A stretch of 64,000 bases of DNA from an uncultured Syntrophaceae bacterium (lineage in GTDB: Bacteria; Desulfobacterota; Syntrophia; Syntrophales; UBA2192): assembly GCA_964628025.1 (NCBI GenBank), contig CAZVLL010000012.1, forward strand, positions 12,784 through 76,783. Direction: 5' to 3'. The notes under the pieces are model-generated. The model did no database searches. It saw only the letters and a program-made list of their open reading frames with translations, and was not told the origin of the DNA. Positions within the stretch are counted from its first letter, which is position 1. The number at the start of each line of letters is the position of its first letter. Below are positions 54,177 to 63,516 of this stretch, in pieces. A program made the position numbers and the translations under genes.

Positions 54177-55169
54177 TTAGCTCAGTTTTGGCTTCAATCC
54201 CCGCGCCGCCGCTCCCAGGAGGGCCGCTTTCGGGTTTGTGATGACATGGACGGGTATCCGGTTGACGAGATCCTGCATTCGCCCCTTTCGGAGGAATCTC
54301 TCCATGAATGTTGCTTTTTCCAGAAACGGGAGAACCCGCGGAGGGATCCCTCCTCCGAGGTAGACGCCCCCCGTCGCCAGAATTCTGAGGGCCGTGTTAC
54401 CCGTTTCGGATCCAAGTATGGCGGTGAACAGGTCCAGTGTTGCGACACAGATATCACAGGAAATTTCCCGGTCAAGCGCTTTTTCGACGATGATGGGAAC
54501 GGGGTCTGCGGTCCGGGCAAGTTCCCCGGAAAGCCAGTCGGGTTCTTTCGCGTGACCGTTGTCTTTCAGGAAGCGGTATAGGTTGACGATCCCGATGCCG
54601 GAACAGACTCTCTCGCAGCTCACGTGACCATGCATCCCGCGGAGGAAGGACAGGAGTTCACTTTCCAGTTCCGTCGCCGGTGCGAAATCGGCATGTCCGC
54701 CTTCGGAGGGATGTGCGACGTAGCGCGTTCCATCCCATGTGAGAAAGGCCTCACCGAGGCCCGTCCCCGGTGCGATCACGGCGAGGTTGCCGTGGCGGAT
54801 GGGAGATCCTTTCCGGAGAGTAAAGAAATCCTCCTGCCGCAGGAAGGGCACAAAACAGGCGACGGCCTCCACGTCGTTGATTACATCCAGAACCTTCATC
54901 TTGAGGGTCTTCCGCAGACGAGCCCCGTCAATGGTCCAGGGGAGGTTCGTGATCTGCGATGTTCCTCCGAGCACCGGTCCTGCAATGCCGAATACGGCAT
55001 TGGTTGCACGGAGGCCTGTCTCGTCGAAGAAGCGATGTACGGCCTCCTCGAGGCTGTCGAGATCGGCACTGCGGTAGACGACCTCGGCCAGAGGCCGGCG
55101 AAGTCCCCGTTCCTTCGAGAAGAGACCAAAATGGATCTTGGTGCCTCCGATGTCGCCCGCTAGTAACAT
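54177..55169 (-). CDS. glk: Glucokinase
   Basis: [37 protein letters not shown]. Confidence 0.94.
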   Translation of the reverse strand: MLLAGDIGGTKIHFGLFSKERGLRRPLAEVVYRSADLDSLEEAVHRFFDETGLRATNAVFGIAGPVLGGTSQITNLPWTIDGARLRKTLKMKVLDVINDVEAVACFVPFLRQEDFFTLRKGSPIRHGNLAVIAPGTGLGEAFLTWDGTRYVAHPSEGGHADFAPATELESELLSFLRGMHGHVSCERVCSGIGIVNLYRFLKDNGHAKEPDWLSGELARTADPVPIIVEKALDREISCDICVATLDLFTAILGSETGNTALRILATGGVYLGGGIPPRVLPFLEKATFMERFLRKGRMQDLVNRIPVHVITNPKAALLGAAARGLKPKLS

Positions 55170-55180
55170 TTCTTCTCCTT

Positions 55181-55891
55181 TCAGGCTCCCTCTCCCCGCT
55201 TTTCCTTTTCTCTCAGCTTGCCTCTCGCGAAACGCACGGCCAGGATGACGACGGCCATGGCGGCAACGAACACTCCGACAATCACCCAGGGCACCGTTCC
55301 TGTCGTGGCCGCACTGATCAGGACGTCGGTCCCCACAAGGTAGACGATGGTCCCCGGCAGCATGCAGAGCCAGGACCAGAAAACGTAGGTCGGGAAAGGA
55401 ACCCTTGTGAGACCGAACCCGTAGTTCAGCAGATTGAAGGGAAACAGGGGCACCAGTCGCGTAATCGCGACGATGACGGCTCCGTGCTCCTCCGTCAACC
55501 GGTCGAGGCGCTGGAACTTCTCGTTTTCCGAAAGTCGCCGTATGATGGCATCGCGGGCGAGGTAGCGAGCCACCAGGAAAGCGAGGCTTGCTCCGAGGGT
55601 GGATCCGATGCTCACCAGGATCACCCCCTTCAAGGCACCGAAGATGGCCGATCCGGCGATTGAGATGGGCAGTCCCGGTACGGCGGCCACGACGGCAACG
55701 ACATAGAGTCCCACAAAGACCACCATACCCGGGTTGCCCAGGGACTCGATCCAGCCGCGAAGTTCCTGCAGGCGATCGCCCAGTCCGAAGACACGGGCAA
55801 GTACAATCAGGGAAAGAACGACTGCCGCAAAGAGGACCAGCTTCCAAATGTCCTTTACCCTTGCCCCGGCAGTGCCCCGCTTGTTCTCCAT
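55181..55891 (-). CDS. TVP38/TMEM64 (DedA superfamily) membrane protein
   Basis: GSTLGASLAFLVARY, RLVPLFPFNLLNYGFG..., LPGT. Confidence 0.93.
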   Translation of the reverse strand: MENKRGTAGARVKDIWKLVLFAAVVLSLIVLARVFGLGDRLQELRGWIESLGNPGMVVFVGLYVVAVVAAVPGLPISIAGSAIFGALKGVILVSIGSTLGASLAFLVARYLARDAIIRRLSENEKFQRLDRLTEEHGAVIVAITRLVPLFPFNLLNYGFGLTRVPFPTYVFWSWLCMLPGTIVYLVGTDVLISAATTGTVPWVIVGVFVAAMAVVILAVRFARGKLREKEKRGEGA

Positions 55892-55901
55892 GCATTCCCT
55901 T

Positions 55902-56606
55902 TCAGTGATTTTTATAGAAGCGCGCCAGGTTTTCCGGGGACATTCCCAGGAAGTACAGTGTGATGATCGTCCAGTTTCTCAGCGTGCAAAAGACGATGCC
56001 TTCCTTTTCCTGGCGTCGGGCTGATGAGGTCACAGGCTCCGGCAGAATAAAAATGCAGTCGCCGCGGTCCTTGATCCGGCGCATGATCTCCACGTCCTCC
56101 ATCAAGGGGATGTCCAAAAATCCGCCGAGGATTTCGAAATAGTCCCGCCGGAAGAACTGCGCCTGGTCGCCGTAGGGGATCCGGGTCAGCCGCGATCGGA
56201 AGCAGGCCGCCCGGGCGATAACGCGGATCGACGGCCGGGTTGTTCCATATCGCAGATCGAAGGCCCCGGCCACGTAGCGGCCGTTCGAGAGGGTCTCGGC
56301 GATGCGCCGGAAGGCACCCTGTGGAAGTCGGGTGTCGGCATGGAGGAAAAGAAGGAACTCCCCTTTTGCCGCGGCAGCCCCGGCATTCATCTGCCGGGCC
56401 CGTCCCGCAGAGGCGGTTAGAAGGGTCACGTCCTTGCGGAAAATGCCTTTGATGGTCTCCCCGTCAGGGTTACCGTCGACGACGATGATATCGACGGGCC
56501 CGCCCTCCGCGATCCGAAGGACGTGATCGATGAGCGAATCGATCTGGTGGGCTTCCCGCAGAACGGGGATGACAACGGAAACGGAAAAGTTGCTCTGCAG
56601 TGTCAT
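55902..56606 (-). CDS. GT2 glycosyltransferase, TIGR04283-like (rSAM/selenodomain-associated transferase 2)
   Basis: SVVIPVL, VVDG, GRARQMNAGA, FLHADT, PYGDQ, PLMEDV, SARR. Confidence 0.9.
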   Translation of the reverse strand: MTLQSNFSVSVVIPVLREAHQIDSLIDHVLRIAEGGPVDIIVVDGNPDGETIKGIFRKDVTLLTASAGRARQMNAGAAAAKGEFLLFLHADTRLPQGAFRRIAETLSNGRYVAGAFDLRYGTTRPSIRVIARAACFRSRLTRIPYGDQAQFFRRDYFEILGGFLDIPLMEDVEIMRRIKDRGDCIFILPEPVTSSARRQEKEGIVFCTLRNWTIITLYFLGMSPENLARFYKNH

Positions 56607-57049
56607 CGGTGCCCCGCAAACCGCTTGCAAATTTCTTCCATCCGGTTGCGGTTGACTTTGAAATCGTAAGACCCCGTGCGCGAGGCAGAACGGAAATGGA
56701 TGAGCCCGGCGCTGTCATCGAGGAGAAACTCCACGTCGTCGACGAATTCGAAGACGGCGGAGCGGAATTCGACGTGAATGTAGTCCTCATCGGCCGTGAT
56801 GATGGTTGAGCGTGCCATGGATTGGAGGACCATCAGGAGTTTCTCCCGGGCTTCCTTCCTGGTACCGGTATAGCGGATGGGTTCGATCCGGTGGCTTTCC
56901 ACCGGGTCTTGTGTACAGACACAGTTGGGCCTGTCCGGACAGGGTCGAAGCTTGCCGTCCGTCAGACCCGTCGTTTCCGCAATTGTTTGCTGGCATCCCG
57001 CCATGGTGATCAGGCCGAAGATCAGGAAAGGAAAAAACAGGAGCTTCAT
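56603..57049 (-). CDS. DUF1499 lipoprotein
   Basis: Lipobox MAGC; L.PCPDRPNCV; FVDDVEF; RSASR.G..D..VNR.R. Confidence 0.9.
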   Translation of the reverse strand: MKLLFFPFLIFGLITMAGCQQTIAETTGLTDGKLRPCPDRPNCVCTQDPVESHRIEPIRYTGTRKEAREKLLMVLQSMARSTIITADEDYIHVEFRSAVFEFVDDVEFLLDDSAGLIHFRSASRTGSYDFKVNRNRMEEICKRFAGHR

Positions 57050-57117
57050 CGAACACCCCCGACGGAAAAGCACATTTTAAAGAAATACCACCGTGGCCGT
57101 GAAAATTCAATGCGCGC

Positions 57118-58023
57118 CTATTTTCCGTCTTTCGGTGCGCCGGAGGCCGTATCGGAAATCTCTTTTTCTTTTTCCGCGGAAGGATGGGGCGGGGCATCCG
57201 TTCTCTCGGCGAACTCCGCCGTACCGGACGTATGTCCCGGCAGTTTGGGGGCTCCCGAGTCCGGCGGTGGTCCGTCGGAAGGCGCCGTCATGATCTCCTC
57301 GTACTCTTCGATGACGATGCCTCGCTTGACCATAATCCCGTAAACGATCTCGGCGCGCTTCTCCACATATTTCGATGTGCCCGTGGGGTTGTATCGGAGC
57401 GGGTTGGGAAGAACGACGGCAAGCCGTGCCGCCTCCTGCGGAGTCAGTTCTTCCGCCGACTTTCCGAAGTAGTGGCGCGAAGCGGCCTCAATGCCGAAAA
57501 TCCCGTCGCCCCACTCGGCCACGTTCAGGTAAAGCTCGAGGATGCGCCGCTTGGAGAGGGTGTTCTCGAGGCGCCACGTAAGGAGGGCCTCTTTGGCCTT
57601 CCGCAGGGGATTTTTCGAAGGAGTGAGAAAGAGGTTCTTGGCGAGCTGCTGGCTAATCGTGCTTCCGCCATACTTGAGCTTGCCCGCCTTGATGTCTTTC
57701 TCGAGTGCCTTCTGCATGGCCTCGAAATCAAATCCCTCGTGCGCAAAGAACTTGTCGTCCTCGGCGATGAGCACGGCCTTTACGGCATAGGGAGAGATCT
57801 TCGAGAGGGGTACCCATACCTGGGTTATCTTCTTGTTCTTGAGACCCTTGTACTCCCAATCAAATTCCCGGTGGGTCATGAAGGAGGTCTTCGGGGGGTT
57901 TTTCTTCTTGAGTTCGCCGACATCATAATAGAAAAAAGCCATGGCGGTGTAAACAAGGACCGCCCCCGCCAGAAGGAAGACCGCGATGAGGAGAAAACGG
58001 GTTAATTTTTTCAGGACATCCAT
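57118..58023 (-). CDS. mtgA: Monofunctional peptidoglycan transglycosylase
   Basis: AEDDKFF.HEGFD, GGSTISQQLAKNLFL, RKAKE, ILELYLNVAEWG; acidic/Pro-rich C-terminal tail. Confidence 0.93.
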   Translation of the reverse strand: MDVLKKLTRFLLIAVFLLAGAVLVYTAMAFFYYDVGELKKKNPPKTSFMTHREFDWEYKGLKNKKITQVWVPLSKISPYAVKAVLIAEDDKFFAHEGFDFEAMQKALEKDIKAGKLKYGGSTISQQLAKNLFLTPSKNPLRKAKEALLTWRLENTLSKRRILELYLNVAEWGDGIFGIEAASRHYFGKSAEELTPQEAARLAVVLPNPLRYNPTGTSKYVEKRAEIVYGIMVKRGIVIEEYEEIMTAPSDGPPPDSGAPKLPGHTSGTAEFAERTDAPPHPSAEKEKEISDTASGAPKDGK

Positions 58024-58179
58024 AGGGTCAAGACCGAGGGTTGCATGAAAACGTGCTTTTATCGCCAATGAACGGGGAAAGCAATAAGCATTTTTTGCCT
58101 TCGAAGAAGACTGGAATAAAGCATGGTAATCCGTTATAAAAATAAAGGGATAACTCACTGAAAAGACGGAGGCTCGATC

Positions 58180-59565
58180 ATGGCGGAATTAACCATCATC
58201 ACGGCGGACGATTCCTATGAAAGGACAAAATCGGGGGAAGCCCTCCTGGTCTGCGCTTACGAAGACAAAGAGCGATTTGAGAATTTCCATCTCGAAGGCG
58301 CGATTTCTTTCAGGGAATTTGAATCGAGGATTTCAACGCTGCCCAAAGATAGGCAGATAATATTCTACTGCGCCTGACCGGAGCAGGCGACCTCTGTCCG
58401 TCGGGCAGAGCAATACAAGGAGGTGGGCTTTACGAACATCAAAATCCTCTGGGGCGGCGTCAAGGCCTGGGAAAAGGCGGGGTATCCGCGGAGAAAGGAA
58501 TCCGCCAGGGGCAGCGAGAAGAAGAATCAACGATTCGTTCCCGGCAAGGGTCGGGCAAAAAAAGGTGTCAATCTGGCTCTTCAGGGTGGTGGTGCTCACG
58601 GTGCCTTCACCTGGGGTGTCCTTGACCGGATATTGGAAGAAGAACTGCTTTATATAGAAGCCATCAGCGGCACAAGCGCCGGGGCAATGAATGCCGTTGT
58701 CGTGGCCGACGGCCTCATGAAAAACGGCAAAGAGGGTGCCCGCCAGGCACTGCGGGAGTTCTGGAAGGCAGTGAGCGACGCCGCACGGTTCAGCCCGCTT
58801 CAACGGATGCCGGCCGACAGGATGGCAGGGAACTGGAATCTTGACCGTTCACCGGGCTATCTGTTTTTCGGACTGCTTGAGCAACTGGCGTCGCCGTACC
58901 AGTTGAATCCATGGAACATCAACCCGTTGCGGGACATATTGGCAAAGCAGGTTGATTTTGAACGGGTTCGCAGTTGCAACCTCGTGAAGCTGTTCATTTC
59001 CGCGACAAAAGTAAAGACGGGAAGGGCAAAACTTTTCGAACGGACGGAATTAACGTTGGACATGGTCATGGCCTCGGCCTGCATTCCGCAGCTGTTTCAG
59101 GCCGTGGAGATTGACGGGGAAGCCTACTGGGATGGCGGGTACATGGGAAACCCCGTTCTCTATCCCTTCGCATACCACTGCACGTCGAGGGATGTCATTC
59201 TCGTCCAGATCAATCCCGTGCAAAGGGATGAAATCCCGAAAACGGCCCAGGAGATCATGAATCGCGTCAATGAAATCACGTTTAACGGCGCACTGATGAG
59301 AGAGCTCAGGGCCATCGAATTTGTAGGTCGGTTGCTCGACAAGGAAAGCGTCGACCCTGTCCAGTATAAAAAGATGCTCCTCCACGTCATCAGCGCGGAA
59401 GACGTGTTGAAGGGCCTAAATGCCTCGAGCAAGCAAAATGCCGAATGGGAATTTCTCGTTCATCTGCATGACATGGGTAGAACGACTGCGGCAGAATGGC
59501 TGGAGAAAAATTATCAATCCGTGGACCAGGAATCCAGCGTGGATCTCCGTTCGCTTTTCCAGTAA
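58180..59565 (+). CDS. Predicted selenoprotein: rhodanese-like domain (C-A-U, Sec66 at TGA 58375-58377) fused to a patatin-like hydrolase (461 aa)
   Basis: The rhodanese fold continues through the TGA (IIFYCA*PEQATSVRRAEQYKEVGFTNIKILWGGVKAWEKAGYP) in frame with patatin (LQGGGAHGAF, GTSAG, DGG). SECIS-like hairpin follows. GGAGG RBS before ATG 58180. Confidence 0.85.
58392..58410 (+). promoter_or_regulatory. Bacterial SECIS-like stem-loop
   Basis: CTCTGTCC-GTC-GGGCAGAG: 8-bp stem with one G-U pair; apical loop starts with GU, 22 nt after the UGA. Confidence 0.75.
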
Positions 59566-59587
59566 ACGCAAGGGTCAATGCTCCATT

Positions 59588-61240
59588 TCATTCGGCCATG
59601 ATCCTCTCGCTGTCGTTGATGTCGCGCCAGCGGTAGGGAACAGACTCGCGTATCGCCTCCGGGATCTTCCCGAATTTCCCCTCGAAGGCCTCCAGGAACT
59701 GCTCGCGGCCACGGAAGAAATCGGTAAGTTTCTTCTTCAGCAGCTCCTTGTCGGGGAAGAGCCGGTGGGCGATCATGAGATCCAGGTTTGCCCTGTCGCA
59801 CTTGATCGGGTAGTGCAGTCCCAGGTAGTCCGGCTCGTAACTGAAGCGAAGCTGGTAGCGCAGCAGGTCGTTGTAGGCCGCAAGCGACTGCCGAAGCGCC
59901 ACCTTCAGATCGTCCTGGCCGATGGTCCCCGTGTTGGCGAGGTAGCACTTGATGCGGCTCTTCCTGAGGATCTCATAGAAAATCATGGCGTGCTCGAGCC
60001 GGTCGCCCGCTACGAAGGGGTCGAGAAAGAACTCGCGTTTGAACCTGCCTGCCTCCTCGGGAATCCCGCCTGAGCTCTCGATGGACTCGCCATAGATGAA
60101 CTGCATGGTTGCCTGCTCAGGCGTGAGCTTGCTGATCACGTTGGCCAGCGGGTTTCGCGTGAGCATGACGATGTAGTGGAGCCTGTCGGCGCGAAGCCCG
60201 GGGCTTGCGATCTCGAGCTTCTCCCGCGTCACAATGGCGCGGCCGTTGCCGGTCTTGCGGGTATCCATGAAGTCCGGCATGTAGGGGTATCGGGTGATGG
60301 CCACGTTTTCCAGGAAGGCGTCCTTCGACTCGGCCGCCCGGAGGATCTCGGGCTGGCTCTGATCAAGGCCTTCCGTTTTCACATAGAGCCCGCCGATCTC
60401 GAAGGCGGCGTAGCCGCCGTCGAAGGCGAAGGTCCCGCCGTCGTCGCCTATCATCTCGGAGGTCTCCCGGGGCAGGCGGGCAAGGCGGCGGCACAGCGTC
60501 GTCGTTTTCCCGGTGGCCGTGAGTCCCGAGATGGCCGTGACGACTTCCGTCAGCTCCGGCCGTTCCGTCTCGAGGTCGTAAATCCAGAGGAAGTCCCTGC
60601 GGGCGCCGGCATGGAGGAAGATGCCTGTCTTGTCGATGGCCTTCACACGCCAGTCCTCGAACATGAAGACACCCTTCTTCCCCTCGCCCAGGTAGATGGT
60701 GTTGCGGCAGATCTTGACCTGCTCCCCTCTCTTGTCGCCCATCCAGAGGCGCACCGCGATGTCCTTGTCCAGGAGTTTCTTCTTCTTGTTCGGCTCGAAG
60801 GCCTCGTCGGTGAAGAAAATGATGGTGTAGGTGGGCTCTTCGACGACCCTTGCCGCAGGGTAATCCATGAGGAGCTTGAGCCCATAGGCGATCTGCGCGT
60901 ACTGCTCGGGCATGATGAAGCGCGCCGTGACCCCATCGCGCCCGTCGCCCACCATCGTGTCGAGGCAAACGATCTTTTCCTTGGATAGTCGCTCCACGGC
61001 CTGGCGGGCAAGCCTCTCCTCCGCTTCGCCGAAGGGGTGGTCGACGTTGTTGAAGGTGTGGGGAGCGCAACGGTTCATGGGCTCCGAGTCGGCAGCGACA
61101 GAGCCCGCCTGCGTCTGGATCACGCCCTCGTGGCGCAGGGCGATGCGCTTGAGTTCATCGAGAGTGCGGCCCTCGGTCAGGCGCTTCTCTTTTTTGGCGT
61201 CGATGTATATCTTGATGGCGGCCTGTTTGAAGGTGCTCAT
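59588..61240 (-). CDS. pckA: Phosphoenolpyruvate carboxykinase (ATP)-like, divergent
   Basis: GEGKKG (K212/K213 equivalent), FLHA (Mn-binding His), P-loop GLTATGKTT, IGDD, GGLYVK, NGRA. Confidence 0.75.
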   Translation of the reverse strand: MSTFKQAAIKIYIDAKKEKRLTEGRTLDELKRIALRHEGVIQTQAGSVAADSEPMNRCAPHTFNNVDHPFGEAEERLARQAVERLSKEKIVCLDTMVGDGRDGVTARFIMPEQYAQIAYGLKLLMDYPAARVVEEPTYTIIFFTDEAFEPNKKKKLLDKDIAVRLWMGDKRGEQVKICRNTIYLGEGKKGVFMFEDWRVKAIDKTGIFLHAGARRDFLWIYDLETERPELTEVVTAISGLTATGKTTTLCRRLARLPRETSEMIGDDGGTFAFDGGYAAFEIGGLYVKTEGLDQSQPEILRAAESKDAFLENVAITRYPYMPDFMDTRKTGNGRAIVTREKLEIASPGLRADRLHYIVMLTRNPLANVISKLTPEQATMQFIYGESIESSGGIPEEAGRFKREFFLDPFVAGDRLEHAMIFYEILRKSRIKCYLANTGTIGQDDLKVALRQSLAAYNDLLRYQLRFSYEPDYLGLHYPIKCDRANLDLMIAHRLFPDKELLKKKLTDFFRGREQFLEAFEGKFGKIPEAIRESVPYRWRDINDSERIMAE

Positions 61241-61297
61241 GGGCCTGTCCCTTTCGGATGTCCGCTTGTTGTGCGGCGAAATTTTGTCTGGAAATCA

Positions 61298-61326
61298 AGT
61301 CTAGGGAAGCGGTACCGGGCTGTCAA
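61298..61326 (-). promoter_or_regulatory. Sigma70 promoter candidate for the PEPCK-like gene
   Basis: Minus strand TTGACA-N17-TAGACT about 58 nt upstream of the ATG. Confidence 0.7.
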
Positions 61327-61357
61327 GGATAAAGCATCCATGACAAACGTGTTACGC

Positions 61358-61987
61358 TCACACTCGCGCGGAGATGAACCGGACGAGTCCCAACAGGCCT
61401 AAGCGGCGGTTTTCGAGGATTTCAAAGCCGGACGAACGCACAAGATCATCCATCCGGTGATTGATGTGCTCCCCCGCGAGGCGGACCGTCAGGGTGTTGA
61501 GCCGGTCCATGAAAGAGCCGATCAACGGGAGATCGATCCGCACGTGATCGAGAAGGAGGATCCGTCCGTCCGTCCTCGTCACCCGGCCCATCTCCCGCAG
61601 GCAGGGGACCGGATCCGGGACGGAGCAAAAGACAAAGGTTGCCACAGACGTGTCGAAGGAACCATCGGCGAAAGGCAGGTTGCAGAGGTCCGCTTCCTCA
61701 AATACGACCTCTCTTTTCTGCTCCCGGGCACGCTCACGTGCCTTCCTCAGCATGGCCCCGGAAAGATCCGTTGCCGTAACCCGGGCGTCCGCCGGATAGA
61801 AGGCGATGTTGAGCCCTGTCCCGGCGCCTGCCTCGAGAATCCGCCCCGACGCGCGCGCCCAGAGGATCTTCCGAAAGGATCTCAGATACCACTCAGAGAG
61901 CCTTTCGACGAGTCCGTAGTATTTTGCCAGACGGTCCCATCGCGCCTTCGTTTCCGCTGCGAGCGTTCTTTCCCGGTCCTCTATCAC
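61358..61987 (-). CDS. Class I SAM-dependent methyltransferase (PmtA/UbiE-like)
   Basis: ILEAGAGTG, TDLSGAML, LPFADGSFD...FVFCSVPDP...LREMGRV...GRILLLDH. Confidence 0.92.
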   Translation of the reverse strand: MIEDRERTLAAETKARWDRLAKYYGLVERLSEWYLRSFRKILWARASGRILEAGAGTGLNIAFYPADARVTATDLSGAMLRKARERAREQKREVVFEEADLCNLPFADGSFDTSVATFVFCSVPDPVPCLREMGRVTRTDGRILLLDHVRIDLPLIGSFMDRLNTLTVRLAGEHINHRMDDLVRSSGFEILENRRLGLLGLVRFISARV

Positions 61988-62106
61988 AATCCGATTCCGC
62001 CTGCGTTATTCTGTTGCATGCCCCGATTACTTTATTATATGAATGTCACATTGTCCATCGGTTGATCCTTTCTCATTCACCGTCGAAACCAGTGTGAGGC
62101 AGCCTC

Positions 62107-63489
62107 ATGAAGATCACCTTTCTCGGCGCGGCGCGAAAAGTAACCGGTTCCTGCTACCACCTTTCCACAAACGGCCTGCAGCTTCTCGTGGACTGCGGGA
62201 TGCATCAGGGGCATGATTCCGACGATTTGAACCGGGAGCCTTTCCGGTTCAACCCGAAGGAGATTGACTCCGTCTTTCTGACCCACGCCCACATCGATCA
62301 CACAGGACTTGTTCCGCGCCTGGTCCGGGAAGGCTTTCGCGGGAAAATCATCACGACGGCCGCCACGGCCGAGCTTGCGAGGGTCATGCTGGCCGACTCG
62401 GCCCACATCCAGGAGATGGATGCCCAGTGGATGACGAAAAAGGCCCGTCGGGCAGGAAGCGAAAAAGTCATCGAACCGCTGTACACCGTTGAAGACGCCA
62501 TCGCCTCCATTCCCTTCTTCGAGAAGAAACAATACGGAGAGGTCTATTCGCTCGACAGGGGCATCCGCTACAACTTCTGCGATGCGGGGCACATCCTCGG
62601 GTCGGGGACCCTGGAGCTCTGGTACCGGAACGATCCGGAAAAGAAAATCATTTTTTCCGGCGACATCGGGAAGAAGGGAAACCCCATTATCCAAGACCCC
62701 CAGCACGCGACCGAGGCCGACTACGTCGTGGTGGAATCTACCTATGGAAACCGTCTCCACAAGGGTGCCGAGGACAGCATCGATGAGCTCGTGAAGGCCG
62801 TCGAAACCACCTTCAAACGGGGAGGGAACGTGTACATTCCCTCTTTTGCGGTGGGCCGGACGCAGGATCTTCTGTATATCTTCAGTAAGCTCGTCCGGGA
62901 TGGCCGTCTTGCGTCGCCCCTCGATATCTACGTGGACAGCCCGCTTGCCGAAGAGGCCACGAAGGTCTATTATTCCCATCCGGAGCTCTTCGACGAGGAT
63001 GCTCGGCGTCTGTTCGGGGGAAAGAAAAGCAAAGCTGCCCGTGTGCATTTCACCTCCTCCGTCGACGCGTCCAGAAAGCTCAACCGAATCACATCGGGAA
63101 TCATCGTCCTGGCCGGCAGCGGGATGTGCGATGGCGGGCGCATCCGTCACCACCTCAAGCATAACCTCTGGCGTCCCGAGTGCAGTGTCATTTTTGTCGG
63201 GTTCCAGGCTCGGGGAACGTTGGGAAGGGCCATCGTCGACGGGGCAAAAGAAGTCTATATCCTGGGCGAGAAGGTGGCGGTTCGGTCCCGTGTCTTCACC
63301 ATCGGCGGCTTTTCCGCCCATGCCGACCAGAAGGAACTTCTGGAATGGCTGGGACTGTTCCGGAACAAGCCCGAGGTCTTCATCGTTCACGGCGAAGAAG
63401 CGGCAACCCTGGAGTTCGAAAGGCTGGTGAAGGAAAAGCTGGGTTTTACCACGCACGTGCCGGCGCTGGGGGAGAGTTACGAGATATAG
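62107..63489 (+). CDS. MBL-fold metallo-hydrolase with beta-CASP domain (RNA-processing family)
   Basis: VTGSCY, DCGMHQG, LTHAHIDHTG, AGHILGS, ESTYG, FAVGRTQ, FSAHAD, VHGE. Confidence 0.94.
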   Translation: MKITFLGAARKVTGSCYHLSTNGLQLLVDCGMHQGHDSDDLNREPFRFNPKEIDSVFLTHAHIDHTGLVPRLVREGFRGKIITTAATAELARVMLADSAHIQEMDAQWMTKKARRAGSEKVIEPLYTVEDAIASIPFFEKKQYGEVYSLDRGIRYNFCDAGHILGSGTLELWYRNDPEKKIIFSGDIGKKGNPIIQDPQHATEADYVVVESTYGNRLHKGAEDSIDELVKAVETTFKRGGNVYIPSFAVGRTQDLLYIFSKLVRDGRLASPLDIYVDSPLAEEATKVYYSHPELFDEDARRLFGGKKSKAARVHFTSSVDASRKLNRITSGIIVLAGSGMCDGGRIRHHLKHNLWRPECSVIFVGFQARGTLGRAIVDGAKEVYILGEKVAVRSRVFTIGGFSAHADQKELLEWLGLFRNKPEVFIVHGEEAATLEFERLVKEKLGFTTHVPALGESYEI

Positions 63490-63516
63490 GGAAAAGGGGC
63501 TAAGGAAAACAGGAAA

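Noticed and set aside
55170-55895. Apparent 572-aa glucokinase fusion
   Set aside because: The extension is an alternative frame of the TVP38 gene; glucokinase starts at MLLAGDIGG (55169) with its own RBS.
58423-58425. Independent GTG start for the patatin gene
   Set aside because: It falls inside the rhodanese fold and its Shine-Dalgarno overlaps the codon, so Sec readthrough explains the data better. It is not formally excluded.
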